Virus record (IMG/VR): IMGVR_UViG_3300029985_000017
Span: 99,230 to 163,229 of that record
DNA length: 64,000 nucleotides
From: a virus
Direction: 5' to 3' (one strand)
Shown here: in pieces, positions 29,643 to 39,272 of the stretch
Layout: the number at the start of each line of letters is the position of its first letter
Position numbering within the stretch: position 1 is the first letter of the stretch
Translations under genes and position numbers: made by a program
The notes under the pieces: generated by a model
Databases searched by the model: none
Told to the model about the DNA's origin: nothing
Seen by the model: the letters and a program-made list of their open reading frames with translations, nothing else

Positions 29643-30746
29643 CTATTTCCTAACCCCATTCTCAATTACCGTATTCGAACTAACTCTTACGAATTCGCAC
29701 TTCTTGTGAAACTCTTTTAGGTTCCGGGCGCCAACGTAAGAAAATGCCGAACGTAAACCGCCCTCAATGTCTTGAAGAATATCTTTTACGGGTCCTTTGT
29801 ACGGAACCAAGATAGATTCGCCCTCAGCGGTGCGCCATGAAGCATCTTTGCCTTGTACTGCGTAAGATTCTTTAGAGGCAGACCCACGATATTTTTTAAA
29901 TACTTTAACGTTAGATGGATGACTCACCCACTCATCAACTTCAATAGTTCCATCTTTCAAGAATTCTAGCTTCATACCTAGGTGGTTAACTAGATCTCCT
30001 GGGGACTCTAGGGTTCCAGCGAAGAAGCTTCCGGACATTACCATTGAAGCCCCGGCTCCCAAAGCCTTGGCGACATCAGCGGGCTTGGACATTCCTCCGT
30101 CAGCAATAACTGGAATACCAGTCTTTTTGATTGCGGCAACAACATCCATAATTGCAGATAGTTGGGGATACCCGCAACCAGTTTTAATGCGAGTAGTACA
30201 AACCGCCGAAGGCCCAATCCCAATTTTAAATCCATCTACAGAATAGGGCGTGTATTCTAGAAAATCCAATACACTTTGTCCAGTGGCGAAGTTGCCAACA
30301 ACAATAGTACCATTTTCACGTAGAATAGACCTGAGTTTATTGGCTTGCTTTACAGCGCCCATACTAGCCCCGTGAGCTAAATCAATTATAAAGCAAACCG
30401 CGCCGGCGTCCCTTAGGGCTTCTGCCCTTTCGAGTTCCTTGTCTCCAAGGCCAATAGAAACCATCGGAATCCTGGTTAGGCCAGTTTCCCTTAGGGAGCT
30501 TTCGTGGAACATTTTAACATTGTCTTCGATACTCTGAAATCTAGGTAAACAAGCTTGGGCTCCATTCAAAACCATGTGTTGGGCAAGCGTTGCGTTCGTA
30601 ACAGTATCCATGTTCGCCGAGATAATGGGTAGACTCATATAAGGAAATCCTGAACCATTAAAACTCAAATCAACGTCTTTCCTTGACTCAACAGTAGAAA
30701 ACTTTGGAATAACCAGCACGTCGTCAAATGTAAAAGCTTCCTTCAT
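29643..30746 (-). CDS. guaB: IMP dehydrogenase/GMP reductase family protein (no CBS domains)
   Basis: TFDDVL, SANMDTV, KIGIGPSAVCTTR, IADGG, YRGSAS. Confidence 0.9.
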   Translation of the reverse strand: MKEAFTFDDVLVIPKFSTVESRKDVDLSFNGSGFPYMSLPIISANMDTVTNATLAQHMVLNGAQACLPRFQSIEDNVKMFHESSLRETGLTRIPMVSIGLGDKELERAEALRDAGAVCFIIDLAHGASMGAVKQANKLRSILRENGTIVVGNFATGQSVLDFLEYTPYSVDGFKIGIGPSAVCTTRIKTGCGYPQLSAIMDVVAAIKKTGIPVIADGGMSKPADVAKALGAGASMVMSGSFFAGTLESPGDLVNHLGMKLEFLKDGTIEVDEWVSHPSNVKVFKKYRGSASKESYAVQGKDASWRTAEGESILVPYKGPVKDILQDIEGGLRSAFSYVGARNLKEFHKKCEFVRVSSNTVIENGVRK

Positions 30747-30755
30747 TTTTCTTCC

Positions 30756-31109
30756 TTATTTCAACCAGTTTAATTCCCACTTCATATGTAAAGCATACGA
30801 ATTGGGCGTTATATCATTACTTACAGAGTTACAGATCCCCATATTAGGCAGATTGAACTTTAAAGTCTTAGTCCTAAACGTGCGGTAGGCGTAAACCGTT
30901 GCTCCAACTGCTGATACTGATTCATCGCCCAAATGATAACTGGCCTCATTTTCGGTATAACTTATCGTCTTAGTCTCGTAAGAATCCAGTAGTTGATAGG
31001 TTCCGGTCTGTTTTGTGCCGGCTTCTACAGCCTTATTACATGCCTGATCGTACTGTGAACCAGTAGTCAAGGTGCTGCAAAGACTTAATATAGCAGACTG
31101 CATCAACAT
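30756..31109 (-). CDS. Hypothetical protein
   Basis: In operon. Confidence 0.5.
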   Translation of the reverse strand: MLMQSAILSLCSTLTTGSQYDQACNKAVEAGTKQTGTYQLLDSYETKTISYTENEASYHLGDESVSAVGATVYAYRTFRTKTLKFNLPNMGICNSVSNDITPNSYALHMKWELNWLK

Positions 31110-31114
31110 TAGAT

Positions 31115-31342
31115 TTAATCCGTTTCAAATGGCTCAGGATCTACTTCGTCTAAATACCCAGTATCCGCATCCGAATCCCAGTTACTAAACGGCTCTTCCT
31201 TTTCCATTATCTTTTCTGCCAATCCAAATAAATGTTCAGATTTTTCTTCGTCACGCTCATCCCTAAGCATTTCACTCAAAGCTCTCATGGCTTCTTTTGA
31301 GGTTAACTTACCCTTTTGATATTCCAAGCAGATGATACAGAT
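31115..31342 (-). CDS. Hypothetical protein, probable ATC start (M-CIICLEYQKGKLT)
   Basis: AGGAGG 5 nt before an in-frame ATC; track start TTG 31327 has no SD. Confidence 0.5.
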   Translation of the reverse strand: MCIICLEYQKGKLTSKEAMRALSEMLRDERDEEKSEHLFGLAEKIMEKEEPFSNWDSDADTGYLDEVDPEPFETD

Positions 31343-31351
31343 AACTGCCTC

Positions 31352-31534
31352 CTATTTCTTCACAAAAGGTGGTGAGCCTTCATAATAATCAATTTTTTCT
31401 TTTGAAGCATCCCTAATGATTAGGTCCCTACCACCGCACTTAATACAACTAATCTTATCATTTGAATCATAGCTATAAATGAATTTATTCCATTTATTGT
31501 CGCAGTATTTACAAGTGAATTCTAGTTCTGGCAT
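31352..31534 (-). CDS. FmdB-like Zn-ribbon protein
   Basis: MPELEFTCKYC...CIKCGG. Confidence 0.65.
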   Translation of the reverse strand: MPELEFTCKYCDNKWNKFIYSYDSNDKISCIKCGGRDLIIRDASKEKIDYYEGSPPFVKK

Positions 31535-31537
31535 ATA

Positions 31538-31858
31538 TTAATCCAGTATAACACTTTTGGCGACACTTACAATGATTTTTCTTAGATTTTGAACCAAGTA
31601 CTCAAAGTCTGGATCTGACTCGATATATTTACTTATTTGATTTTTAAAGTACCCAGGACAAGCCTTTTCAGCTCTCTCCAGTAGTTCAGCGCCTTTTTCG
31701 TCCAAGCCAACCTCATAATAGTCGTGAGCCAAACAAACGTATCCGGTAGCAACATCTGCGGGCGGAAAGAAACCCTCCTTTTCTTTAAAGGAGGCTTCCA
31801 TCTCAATGAGATTCTTTACCAATTCTCTGTCCTGTTCAGGAACGTCCCCGTAAAGCAT
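31538..31858 (-). CDS. Hypothetical helical (TPR-like) protein
   Basis: Coupled ORF. Confidence 0.5.
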   Translation of the reverse strand: MLYGDVPEQDRELVKNLIEMEASFKEKEGFFPPADVATGYVCLAHDYYEVGLDEKGAELLERAEKACPGYFKNQISKYIESDPDFEYLVQNLRKIIVSVAKSVILD

Positions 31859-32175
31859 TATTCTACTGCCTGTTCTAGTTTGTAAACTCCGCCTTCTGTA
31901 CGAAAAGTAACAGCGCTTTCAGTCGTATCCAAAACTTCTACAACTGGGCTTGTACGAATGTACTTATATACACTAGCATGATCCCACACCCTAACTCCAT
32001 AACTTTCTGCAACCGGAAAGATTGTTACAGGTCCTACAACAAAATCGCCTGTAGATACCCAATTAGGTGGTCTTAGGGCTTCTATTTTAGTCAATTTATA
32101 AGTTGTGTCCTCAAGATTCTTGAAGCTATCTGAAACCTGATCTACAACTGTTTCATCGATCTTAACGGTTTTCAT
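31858..32175 (-). CDS. Hypothetical protein
   Basis: Coupled ORF; IRTSPV...FRTEGGVYKLE. Confidence 0.55.
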   Translation of the reverse strand: MKTVKIDETVVDQVSDSFKNLEDTTYKLTKIEALRPPNWVSTGDFVVGPVTIFPVAESYGVRVWDHASVYKYIRTSPVVEVLDTTESAVTFRTEGGVYKLEQAVE

Positions 32176-32429
32176 TAGTTATTCTCGATTTCAACATTAT
32201 CAAAAAGCGTAACTTCTCCTTGGATATCTGAAACTACTAGATCTACCCAATAGCCGTCATTTGGGTTTCCTTGAGTGTCCCTAAAATTATTAGCAAATTC
32301 AAGGGCTTCCTTAGCGGTGGAAAAATTTGCAATCCTTGGTGTGGAGTTGTCTACAAAGAAAACAAGATTCTTTACTTTTTTAGCCTTAGCCTTAGCCTTT
32401 GTTTTTTTTGGACTTTTTGCTTTTGCCAT
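32175..32429 (-). CDS. Hypothetical protein
   Basis: AAGGAG RBS. Confidence 0.55.
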   Translation of the reverse strand: MAKAKSPKKTKAKAKAKKVKNLVFFVDNSTPRIANFSTAKEALEFANNFRDTQGNPNDGYWVDLVVSDIQGEVTLFDNVEIENN

Positions 32430-32598
32430 TTTTAGTCTCCTTGTTAAGGGGAATTAACTTTTTATTTTTATCGTAGAACTTTAAGGTTACAATACCGTTC
32501 TTTTCTCTTAGAGCATAATAGACTACTTGGGAAATGTCAAGCAAATTTTTAAAGTGATCTAGAGGGACAAAACCGTCTTCTTGTACAGTAATAATCAT
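32392..32598 (-). CDS. Hypothetical protein
   Basis: ATGA overlap with RNR stop. Confidence 0.45.
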   Translation of the reverse strand: MIITVQEDGFVPLDHFKNLLDISQVVYYALREKNGIVTLKFYDKNKKLIPLNKETKNGKSKKSKKNKG

Positions 32599-34220
32599 AG
32601 TCCACATACCCCGTTAATACATTCACGTTCTTGTTCTTCAAAGACTTTTCCTTCGTCTGCTAGCGCTTCGTCTAGACTAACTCTGGTAAGGGGTTGTCCA
32701 CCACGAGCACCGTCTGGATAAACCGTAAAGCCCCTCAAACGTTTGGCATACTTAAGCAATGTAGCAGCGTTCTTCTCATAATTGCCTTCATTGTTTGATT
32801 CAGATCCCCAACTATCCATATTACAGGTGCTAGAGATAGCCATATCAACATAATTCTGAACATCTGCTTGAAACTTAACTCGTTGTTTGAACGTTAAGTC
32901 ACCTGCATCTTTAATGTTTTCCACTTTAACGCCTTGTTCTAACAATCTCTTAACAGATCCATCTACTACATATTGATACATCCACTTACCATCTTTAAAG
33001 TATCGTCTTTTATAGGCTTTACAGAACAAAGGTTCGACACCAGTAGTACTTTCTGCAATTATGCCTATCGTTCCTGTGGGCGCGATGGCCCTTACACCTT
33101 TAGGTACAGATACTCCTAGCTGTTTGGCCCCAATAAAGGCAGCTGAATCGCTTTCTTGTTCATATACAGAAAGTAATTTATGAAGTTCTGGAGTTACTTC
33201 ATATGGTTGACCTTTAGACATCAACCATTCGTGAATACCACCTAAGCCCAATCCAATCCTATTATTCTTAGAGCCTACTTCTTTAATCTTTTGAGTAGGA
33301 ACATCGCTATAAATACTGCCACAAAGAAGAAAAAGGGTAGCATATTTAGTGGCTTCTTGTAAATCTTTTTTGTCTTTCATTCTATTAAGCCAAAGTGTTC
33401 CTAGGTTACATTTATCAGAATCGTCTTCACTTACCACTTCTGTACAAGCATTTCTTAGTGATTCAGCATCTTTACGAAAGTTAAAACTCATTCCAGGTTC
33501 TGCGGTAGAAAAAGCTTGTTTACAATTTTGTAGCCAAATACTTTTGGCTATTTCGTTTTTAGGATGTGATTCATTTTCAATGGCTATAAAAAATTCTGTA
33601 TCATAAATAATAGAAATATTAGTCAGTTCCATTGGAAGAGGAAAATTAAGATCGGCTAATTTTGTTGTCTTGAGTTGATCAGAATAATCCTTAAGAGTCA
33701 TAAAAGTTTTAATATCTGGGTGAGACCAATTAAGCCCTGCCCAAATAGCACTTCTTCGTTGTCCACCTTGCATGATATAGCGTCCTGATTCATTTACCAT
33801 TTTCATGAGAGCGATCGGACCTGTAGAAGTTCCGCCAGTCCTAGAAATCTTGGCGCCTTCATGTCTAAGTTTAGAATAGTCAACTCCAATTCCACCACCT
33901 GTCATCAAAGACGCGGTAATCTTGTGCATAGTATCTGCCCAAGACTCGCGGCTATCTTCAGCTCTAAAAAGAAAACAATTATTAACTTGATGGAATTCTC
34001 TACCAGCAGAATATAGATATCTACCGCCAGGAATAAACTTTCGTTCTAGTATAATATTGTAGATCTTTTCTTTAGTCTTAGTATCTAAAAGCTGAGAACA
34101 AACAGCTTCCGTGACACGCTTAGCTGTATGAGCCCAACTTTCTACTCCATCTTTAGAATATTTTTGAAGATAAATGTCATGAGAAAACTTAGATGAAAAA
34201 ACGTCAAACTGATTCTTCAC
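32595..34220 (-). CDS. nrdJ: Compact ribonucleotide reductase, probably class II (B12-dependent)
   Basis: PGGR, NNCF, QGGQRR, NACTE (radical Cys), APTGTI, GFTVYPDG, C-terminal CINGVC; no beta subunit in window. Confidence 0.85.
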   Translation of the reverse strand: MKNQFDVFSSKFSHDIYLQKYSKDGVESWAHTAKRVTEAVCSQLLDTKTKEKIYNIILERKFIPGGRYLYSAGREFHQVNNCFLFRAEDSRESWADTMHKITASLMTGGGIGVDYSKLRHEGAKISRTGGTSTGPIALMKMVNESGRYIMQGGQRRSAIWAGLNWSHPDIKTFMTLKDYSDQLKTTKLADLNFPLPMELTNISIIYDTEFFIAIENESHPKNEIAKSIWLQNCKQAFSTAEPGMSFNFRKDAESLRNACTEVVSEDDSDKCNLGTLWLNRMKDKKDLQEATKYATLFLLCGSIYSDVPTQKIKEVGSKNNRIGLGLGGIHEWLMSKGQPYEVTPELHKLLSVYEQESDSAAFIGAKQLGVSVPKGVRAIAPTGTIGIIAESTTGVEPLFCKAYKRRYFKDGKWMYQYVVDGSVKRLLEQGVKVENIKDAGDLTFKQRVKFQADVQNYVDMAISSTCNMDSWGSESNNEGNYEKNAATLLKYAKRLRGFTVYPDGARGGQPLTRVSLDEALADEGKVFEEQERECINGVCGL

Positions 34221-34256
34221 TGATTTCTACCTCTTGTTGTAATTATTAATTAAGAT

Positions 34257-34910
34257 TTAGTCCCAAAGTCTATCTGCATGTTTAATCAAAAGTTCAGCCA
34301 TTCTATTAATATCCTTAACCCTATCGGCTTCACCATTCTCATAAAGGGCTAGTGTTTCTTGTCTTTCTTGGGCTTTGACTTCATCTGAAGCATTTAATGT
34401 ACCAGCGCGCCAGGATTCCCACCGATAATACTTTACCTTACCGTCTTTATCTGGTTCAGGAATGGTCTTAGACTCTATTTTGCCCCACTTCTTGTCATGG
34501 GCGCGATAGTATTTTCGTTCATAATCTCCTCTTGAGAGTCTTTTAGTGACCTTAATCAACTCTTTAAGGCCTTTCATGTCTTCATCTTCTTGATAAGCAT
34601 GGCCATTCTTAAGGCATTTATAGACACGCTTCATCTTAAAGTTCATTAGACCGTAAACACAATGAAAGTCAAAGTCATAGTTAAGCCAAGCAAACTTAGC
34701 AAATGCCCAAGCCCTACGAGTTCTTTCGTCTAGACATTGGTATTCACCTACGATTCCCCAAACAATCTTTTCCTTAAACTTATACCACCACTTAGCAAAG
34801 AAGGAAAGCTCGTCTTCGTCTGTATACCTAGAATAGGGGAAAAGCTTCCTAAGCAAAGGAAACCTGGGTGGGCGTTCATCTGGATCTTTTAGTGCTTTTG
34901 AGTTAAACAT
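34257..34910 (-). CDS. Hypothetical phage protein
   Basis: 217 aa ending LWD. Confidence 0.6.
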   Translation of the reverse strand: MFNSKALKDPDERPPRFPLLRKLFPYSRYTDEDELSFFAKWWYKFKEKIVWGIVGEYQCLDERTRRAWAFAKFAWLNYDFDFHCVYGLMNFKMKRVYKCLKNGHAYQEDEDMKGLKELIKVTKRLSRGDYERKYYRAHDKKWGKIESKTIPEPDKDGKVKYYRWESWRAGTLNASDEVKAQERQETLALYENGEADRVKDINRMAELLIKHADRLWD

Positions 34911-35181
34911 CTTCTTCTACCATCCTTACTTTAATCCAATTACCCGCCATGGGCTTATCATCTGGATAATACGCCCAACAAATGCCGTGCTCTGCTATGG
35001 GATTGCCATTCTTAGGGTCAATTTCAATCCAATAAGCTGGGGCTTTATTACATGAGCAGCTTTTATCAGAACACTTAGTCTTTTTCTTTTCAATCATTTT
35101 ATAAAAATCGAACCAAAAATTAGACAGAATTCTAATTGCATTTTCTGCTTTTCTCAAAGATTTACTCTCATTTTCATTCAT
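34903..35181 (-). CDS. Hypothetical protein
   Basis: Coupled ORF. Confidence 0.5.
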   Translation of the reverse strand: MNENESKSLRKAENAIRILSNFWFDFYKMIEKKKTKCSDKSCSCNKAPAYWIEIDPKNGNPIAEHGICWAYYPDDKPMAGNWIKVRMVEEDV

Positions 35182-35357
35182 TTCTTTTCTATCCTTTTAA
35201 TGATCTTATCGATAACAAAAGCAATATCAACTGGATCTACCTTTTCTAGAATCATCAACTCCATAAACCGAGTTGCAGCTTCTTCTGGATCTTTTTCATC
35301 TAGATGTTCGAGTAAAAAGTTGACTTGTTTTCTTGTAAGTTTAATTCTGTCTGACAA
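35178..35357 (-). CDS. 59-aa hypothetical protein (absent from ORF track)
   Basis: GAGG RBS, TTG start, MSDRIKLTRKQVNFLLEHLDEKDPEEAA..., ATGA overlap. Confidence 0.55.
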   Translation of the reverse strand: MSDRIKLTRKQVNFLLEHLDEKDPEEAATRFMELMILEKVDPVDIAFVIDKIIKRIEKK

Positions 35358-35386
35358 AATAACCTCAGTTCTTGGAGATTAATAGT

Positions 35387-35590
35387 TTATGTAGTTTCTT
35401 CTGATTCCCAAGTGTGTTCTGTGATTAGAAGGACAGGACATCTCTTAGTAACTGGAGGTTTCATTCCGTATTCTTCTAGAACATTCAAAATATTATTGGC
35501 GTTATCTAACTGTTCTTCTGGATGCTTATCAGTTTCATACATAGTACTAAGCAAACCGGCCAATAAATATTGCATTTCAGACCTTTTCAT
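35387..35590 (-). CDS. Hypothetical protein, paralogue of 44032-44226
   Basis: MKRSEM...LEEYGMKPP...WE. Confidence 0.55.
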   Translation of the reverse strand: MKRSEMQYLLAGLLSTMYETDKHPEEQLDNANNILNVLEEYGMKPPVTKRCPVLLITEHTWESEETT

Positions 35591-35828
35591 TTGATTCTCC
35601 TTTATGAGCTTCCCAAAAATTGGATAGGGCTTCAATTATTTCTTTTTCAAGACGATCTCTTGGGCAGTCTGGGAATCCTAAGTGTTGGTGTTCATAGAAT
35701 TCTTCGCTCCATTCTTCTCGGAATTCAATTCGAATCATCCCGTTGAAATCTCCACAGAATTGAACATGATAATCCAATTGAGAAATATTATGAAGCAGGT
35801 CTACAATTTTAAGTCCTACTTTTTCCAT
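35577..35828 (-). CDS. Hypothetical protein
   Basis: Coupled ORF. Confidence 0.5.
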   Translation of the reverse strand: MEKVGLKIVDLLHNISQLDYHVQFCGDFNGMIRIEFREEWSEEFYEHQHLGFPDCPRDRLEKEIIEALSNFWEAHKGESNEKV

Positions 35829-36271
35829 TAGTTAGTTCCTGTACTTCCAAAAGCGCTTGTGCCTCTGCTGGTGCTATCTAAACTATCCACAACTTCAAAT
35901 TCAGCTTGTACTACAGGACAAATAACACCTTGAGCAATACGGTCGCCTTTCTTGATTTCAACAATACTATGGCTGGTTTCACTATGCCAATTGCTCATAA
36001 TTACGCATACTTGTCCTCGAAAATCTGCGTCAACCGTCCCTGGTGCATTCGCTATCCGAAGAGGCGTTTTAAGAGAGGTACCCGATCTAGGGCGCACTTG
36101 AAGCTCATAGCCTAAGGGTACTTCAAAAGCCAAACCAGTCTTTACTAACTTTGTGTCTCCTGGCCAGATTTCAGTATCTTCCAATGCATGCAGATCAAAT
36201 CCCGAAGCTCCTGAGGTTTGGTATTGAGGAACTACCGCATCTTCATGCAATTTCTTAATTCTGACTTTCAT
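35828..36271 (-). CDS. dut: Trimeric dUTPase
   Basis: ASGFDL, RPRSG, GTVDADFRG, RIAQ, RGTSAFGSTG. Confidence 0.95.
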   Translation of the reverse strand: MKVRIKKLHEDAVVPQYQTSGASGFDLHALEDTEIWPGDTKLVKTGLAFEVPLGYELQVRPRSGTSLKTPLRIANAPGTVDADFRGQVCVIMSNWHSETSHSIVEIKKGDRIAQGVICPVVQAEFEVVDSLDSTSRGTSAFGSTGTN

Positions 36272-36671
36272 CTTTTTCTTCCTCTAAATATAGAACATTA
36301 AAGGTTTCTTTAAAGCTTTCAGAATTACCAATTTTGGCGCCAACGGGTTCTCCGATAGCTGATTTTGAAATATTGCGATTGTCATCGATAAAATTTGAAC
36401 TATGACCCGTAGAGAAGCTGGCTAAATAACTCTGGGCACACACTTTTGAACTATTAATTGTAGGAGCATGAGCATATGATTCATACAGTTTATCTCCCCT
36501 CCAAATATTTTGGGTAAATTCTCCATAAACCCAAACATCAAACTTTCTTTTATCCTTAAAGGTTATTGATATTTTAGTTCTTCCAATATCAAACTCTTCG
36601 GATTTACTAACAAAAGCATTTCTAGATTTCTTAGGTTCTTCTTTTTTCTTCTTCTTCTTAAATGGCCACAT
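36255..36671 (-). CDS. Hypothetical protein
   Basis: Start MWPFKK after GGAGG. Confidence 0.55.
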   Translation of the reverse strand: MWPFKKKKKKEEPKKSRNAFVSKSEEFDIGRTKISITFKDKRKFDVWVYGEFTQNIWRGDKLYESYAHAPTINSSKVCAQSYLASFSTGHSSNFIDDNRNISKSAIGEPVGAKIGNSESFKETFNVLYLEEEKDESQN

Positions 36672-36672
36672 A

Positions 36673-36843
36673 TCAATCCTCCAGTTCCGCTTCTTCTTCA
36701 TCCTCATCTAAGGAAAATTCAAGATCATCATTCTCAACGGCCACTTGGATCATTTCATAGATGCGCTCTTTTAAATCTTCACGATCGTTGGGATCTCCCT
36801 TAACAACCATTGAAAAATTAACTTTAAGAAGTTTGAATGCCAT
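36673..36843 (-). CDS. 56-aa acidic microprotein (absent from ORF track)
   Basis: AAGGAG RBS behind promoter; ends LDEDEEEAELED. Confidence 0.7.
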   Translation of the reverse strand: MAFKLLKVNFSMVVKGDPNDREDLKERIYEMIQVAVENDDLEFSLDEDEEEAELED

Positions 36844-36861
36844 ATCCGATCTCCTTTATGT

Positions 36862-36890
36862 AGTCTATACAATCTTTTTTGAAAAGTCAA
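36862..36890 (-). promoter_or_regulatory. sigma70-type promoter
   Basis: TTGACT-N17-TAGACT. Confidence 0.75.
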
Positions 36891-37129
36891 GAGAATTTTT
36901 TAGTATTGTGTCTACAGGCAGAACACCAATAAGCAGTTTGGATTTCATCGTTTTCCATCCAGTGGGCTCCATATTCGCTTTCTTGGCCGCAAGCACAAAG
37001 GTCATCAAGCATCTTAGAAAGCCCAATCATTGGTGCATTGGGGTCATAATTCTCAACTTTCATCTCTTCATATAGAGTATCAGCTAATTTCAGAAAAGCA
37101 TCCTCAGTCTTTTGAAACGGTACTGGCAT
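36887..37129 (-). CDS. Zn-finger hypothetical protein
   Basis: CACG...CSAC. Confidence 0.55.
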   Translation of the reverse strand: MPVPFQKTEDAFLKLADTLYEEMKVENYDPNAPMIGLSKMLDDLCACGQESEYGAHWMENDEIQTAYWCSACRHNTKKFS

Positions 37130-37358
37130 CTTCTTTTTCCTCTATTAATATATTAAAAAGCTGTTGATCTTTTTCTAATCTCTCAGCAAGCCATGCACAA
37201 GCACCCTCTAGGGAAGAGTAATGCTGGCTTTCAACTCCGACATCATAGCCGCCCTGAGCAGCAATAGTGCCATGACGTATAATAAACCAGGGGGATTTGG
37301 GTTTAGATGGATCGTAGGCTATTTGAGCAACTAGGTATGGTTTAGACTTTTTCTTCAT
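37104..37358 (-). CDS. Hypothetical protein
   Basis: In operon. Confidence 0.5.
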   Translation of the reverse strand: MKKKSKPYLVAQIAYDPSKPKSPWFIIRHGTIAAQGGYDVGVESQHYSSLEGACAWLAERLEKDQQLFNILIEEKEDASTVSKD

Positions 37359-37359
37359 A

Positions 37360-37899
37360 TTAAGCCTTATCACAATACGAACTATGAACACCGCCTACCG
37401 AATCAGCGCCACAAGAACAAGCGGCTGCTTCACCAACGACACTCCAGGAAGCGCCATCGCTTTTAATTACCACACTAGGGTAAACTGTTTGGTAAGATGT
37501 TGGGAGAGTAACCGTGATTGAACCGCCACTTCCGCCATTGCTTCCGCTAGCAACGCCTAAGTTACCCATTCCGACTGGAGGTATAAAATTATACGACACG
37601 CCATTAAAGGGTTGCCCAATTGCTAGTGCTGGCGGATCAATTACAGTAATACCTGCAAAAATAGCCGTTCCAACTCCGGTAGTAGCATTAAAATGTGATT
37701 TATAGCAAGCTACAATCTCTGTTCCATCCACAAAATTATCGTTTTCCATGTCCAAACGAAGAATATTTCTACCCATAACATGGCCAAATCTTATAAATCT
37801 AGTTTCTCCTGGCAAAGAATTCACAATTTGCTGAATAACATCAAAATCTATGCCATTAGTAGTAATAAAAGAACTAAATTCCGTAAATAGTTTACCCAT
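37360..37899 (-). CDS. Hypothetical protein with C-terminal CxCG..HSxxC
   Basis: Ends CSCGADSVGGVHSSYCDKA. Confidence 0.55.
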   Translation of the reverse strand: MGKLFTEFSSFITTNGIDFDVIQQIVNSLPGETRFIRFGHVMGRNILRLDMENDNFVDGTEIVACYKSHFNATTGVGTAIFAGITVIDPPALAIGQPFNGVSYNFIPPVGMGNLGVASGSNGGSGGSITVTLPTSYQTVYPSVVIKSDGASWSVVGEAAACSCGADSVGGVHSSYCDKA

Positions 37900-38266
37900 T
37901 CTTAACCTCCATTGCTTTAAGCGAAACTAAAGCTATGGCCTCTGGTGCTTCATCGGCTACAGCAAATTCAAATTTATCAGTACCCCAGAATTCCACTTTA
38001 GCAATCCACTGCATCTTATCTAGCGATTGATCCCAAAGCGTGGCTAAAGAAACAGCGGTGGTCTTATTTCTTAGTTTTTCAACAACTTCCCATGCAGCGG
38101 CTATATCATAACTATAATTAGGGAGTCGATTATACATAATCATTTCTCCATAACTATCATAGTAATCGGCTGGTCCAATACTCCAACCACCTTTTTTATT
38201 CTTAACTACCTCTAATCCCATTACACGTTCAGCGATCAAAGCGTCAAGTTCACGATTGTAAGGCAT
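37892..38266 (-). CDS. Phage ABA-sandwich-like protein
   Basis: RELDALIAERVMG...PNYSYDIAAAWEVVEKL...APEAIAL. Confidence 0.65.
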   Translation of the reverse strand: MPYNRELDALIAERVMGLEVVKNKKGGWSIGPADYYDSYGEMIMYNRLPNYSYDIAAAWEVVEKLRNKTTAVSLATLWDQSLDKMQWIAKVEFWGTDKFEFAVADEAPEAIALVSLKAMEVKNG

Positions 38267-38267
38267 A

Positions 38268-38450
38268 TTACCCCTCCACCAAAACAACTATGGGCCTATC
38301 TGGATCAAATTCTGTTTCTAGAGAGGCAAATTTTACCTGAGCCATATGGTATTCGAAAGTTCTAGCTTCAGTATCAAATAGAACTTCAGCGTGACCGTAT
38401 CCACTTTTAACAACTTCTGCTAATTCATAGAACAATTCTTGGGCTGTCAT
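38268..38450 (-). CDS. Hypothetical protein
   Basis: First gene after promoter 38461-38489. Confidence 0.55.
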   Translation of the reverse strand: MTAQELFYELAEVVKSGYGHAEVLFDTEARTFEYHMAQVKFASLETEFDPDRPIVVLVEG

Positions 38451-38460
38451 ATTATTAATC

Positions 38461-38489
38461 AGCTTAGCTCAATCATTTTGGAAAGTCAA
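38461..38489 (-). promoter_or_regulatory. sigma70-type promoter
   Basis: TTGACT-N17-TAAGCT. Confidence 0.7.
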
Positions 38490-38498
38490 GCACAAAAT

Positions 38499-38529
38499 AA
38501 AAAAGGCCTCCTTTTTATGGGAAGCCTTT
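38499..38529 (-). terminator. Intrinsic terminator
   Basis: AAAGGCUUCCC-loop-GGAGGCCUUUUUU. Confidence 0.7.
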
Positions 38530-38562
38530 GAGAGTATATTTTAATTATACGATTGTATACTA

Positions 38563-39267
38563 TTAGTATGCGTATGGGAAAGGCTGGTATCCAGCGTAAG
38601 GGGTCCAGGTTATCCTTACGCGCCTTGGTAGTCTAGCTGCGACCACTGGATAAGGTTGAGTAAAGTCGTCAAAGCAACCCGGAAAATTTGTGGATGGAAA
38701 ACAAGCATTTGGGAAAGATTCACCATATCCGCCATAGTATACTGAGAATTCTTGGTAGTTATTTGATGGGTACAAGTTTACAACCGTGAAATTTAGATTG
38801 GTAAAGTAATTGTAAACGAAATTAAACGAAACATAATCCCTAAGCTCCATCACCACACTGAACTTACCCATAGAATTGGCATTATTGATCAATTGTTCAG
38901 CGGAAGTAAGAAAAAGCGACTCAAACCTATTAGTTAAGGCTGTGAGACTAGTGGCAGAAGCTTGATTAACGAGCCTTGCAGTCTCTGGGATATCAACAAT
39001 AGACATTATGACGGTACAGACAGTAGTAGTCGAATTGGCCAGCGTGGCGGTCACCGTGAGCGTTGTGGCGGGTGTTAAATTCGTAGGAATACCAGAAAAG
39101 ACACCCGTTGTGGTGTTAAAGGTAATGCCAGCGGGCAAAGTGCCGCCTAAACTATAAGAAGCAGCAGAAAATCCAGGGGTTGGACTTACCAAAAGATTTT
39201 GACCTATTTGCCAAAAACTTGGATTTGAACCATAATAACTAAGAATAGAAAATGGAGCTAAACTCAT
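38563..39267 (-). CDS. Ig-like domain virion/decoration protein
   Basis: LPAGITFNTTTGVFSGIPT putative-Ig motif; AATCTTTA 5 nt upstream. Confidence 0.7.
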   Translation of the reverse strand: MSLAPFSILSYYGSNPSFWQIGQNLLVSPTPGFSAASYSLGGTLPAGITFNTTTGVFSGIPTNLTPATTLTVTATLANSTTTVCTVIMSIVDIPETARLVNQASATSLTALTNRFESLFLTSAEQLINNANSMGKFSVVMELRDYVSFNFVYNYFTNLNFTVVNLYPSNNYQEFSVYYGGYGESFPNACFPSTNFPGCFDDFTQPYPVVAARLPRRVRITWTPYAGYQPFPYAY

Positions 39268-39272
39268 AGATA

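Noticed and set aside
32595-34220. Intron or intein in the RNR
   Set aside because: ORF is continuous and short, with no splicing motifs
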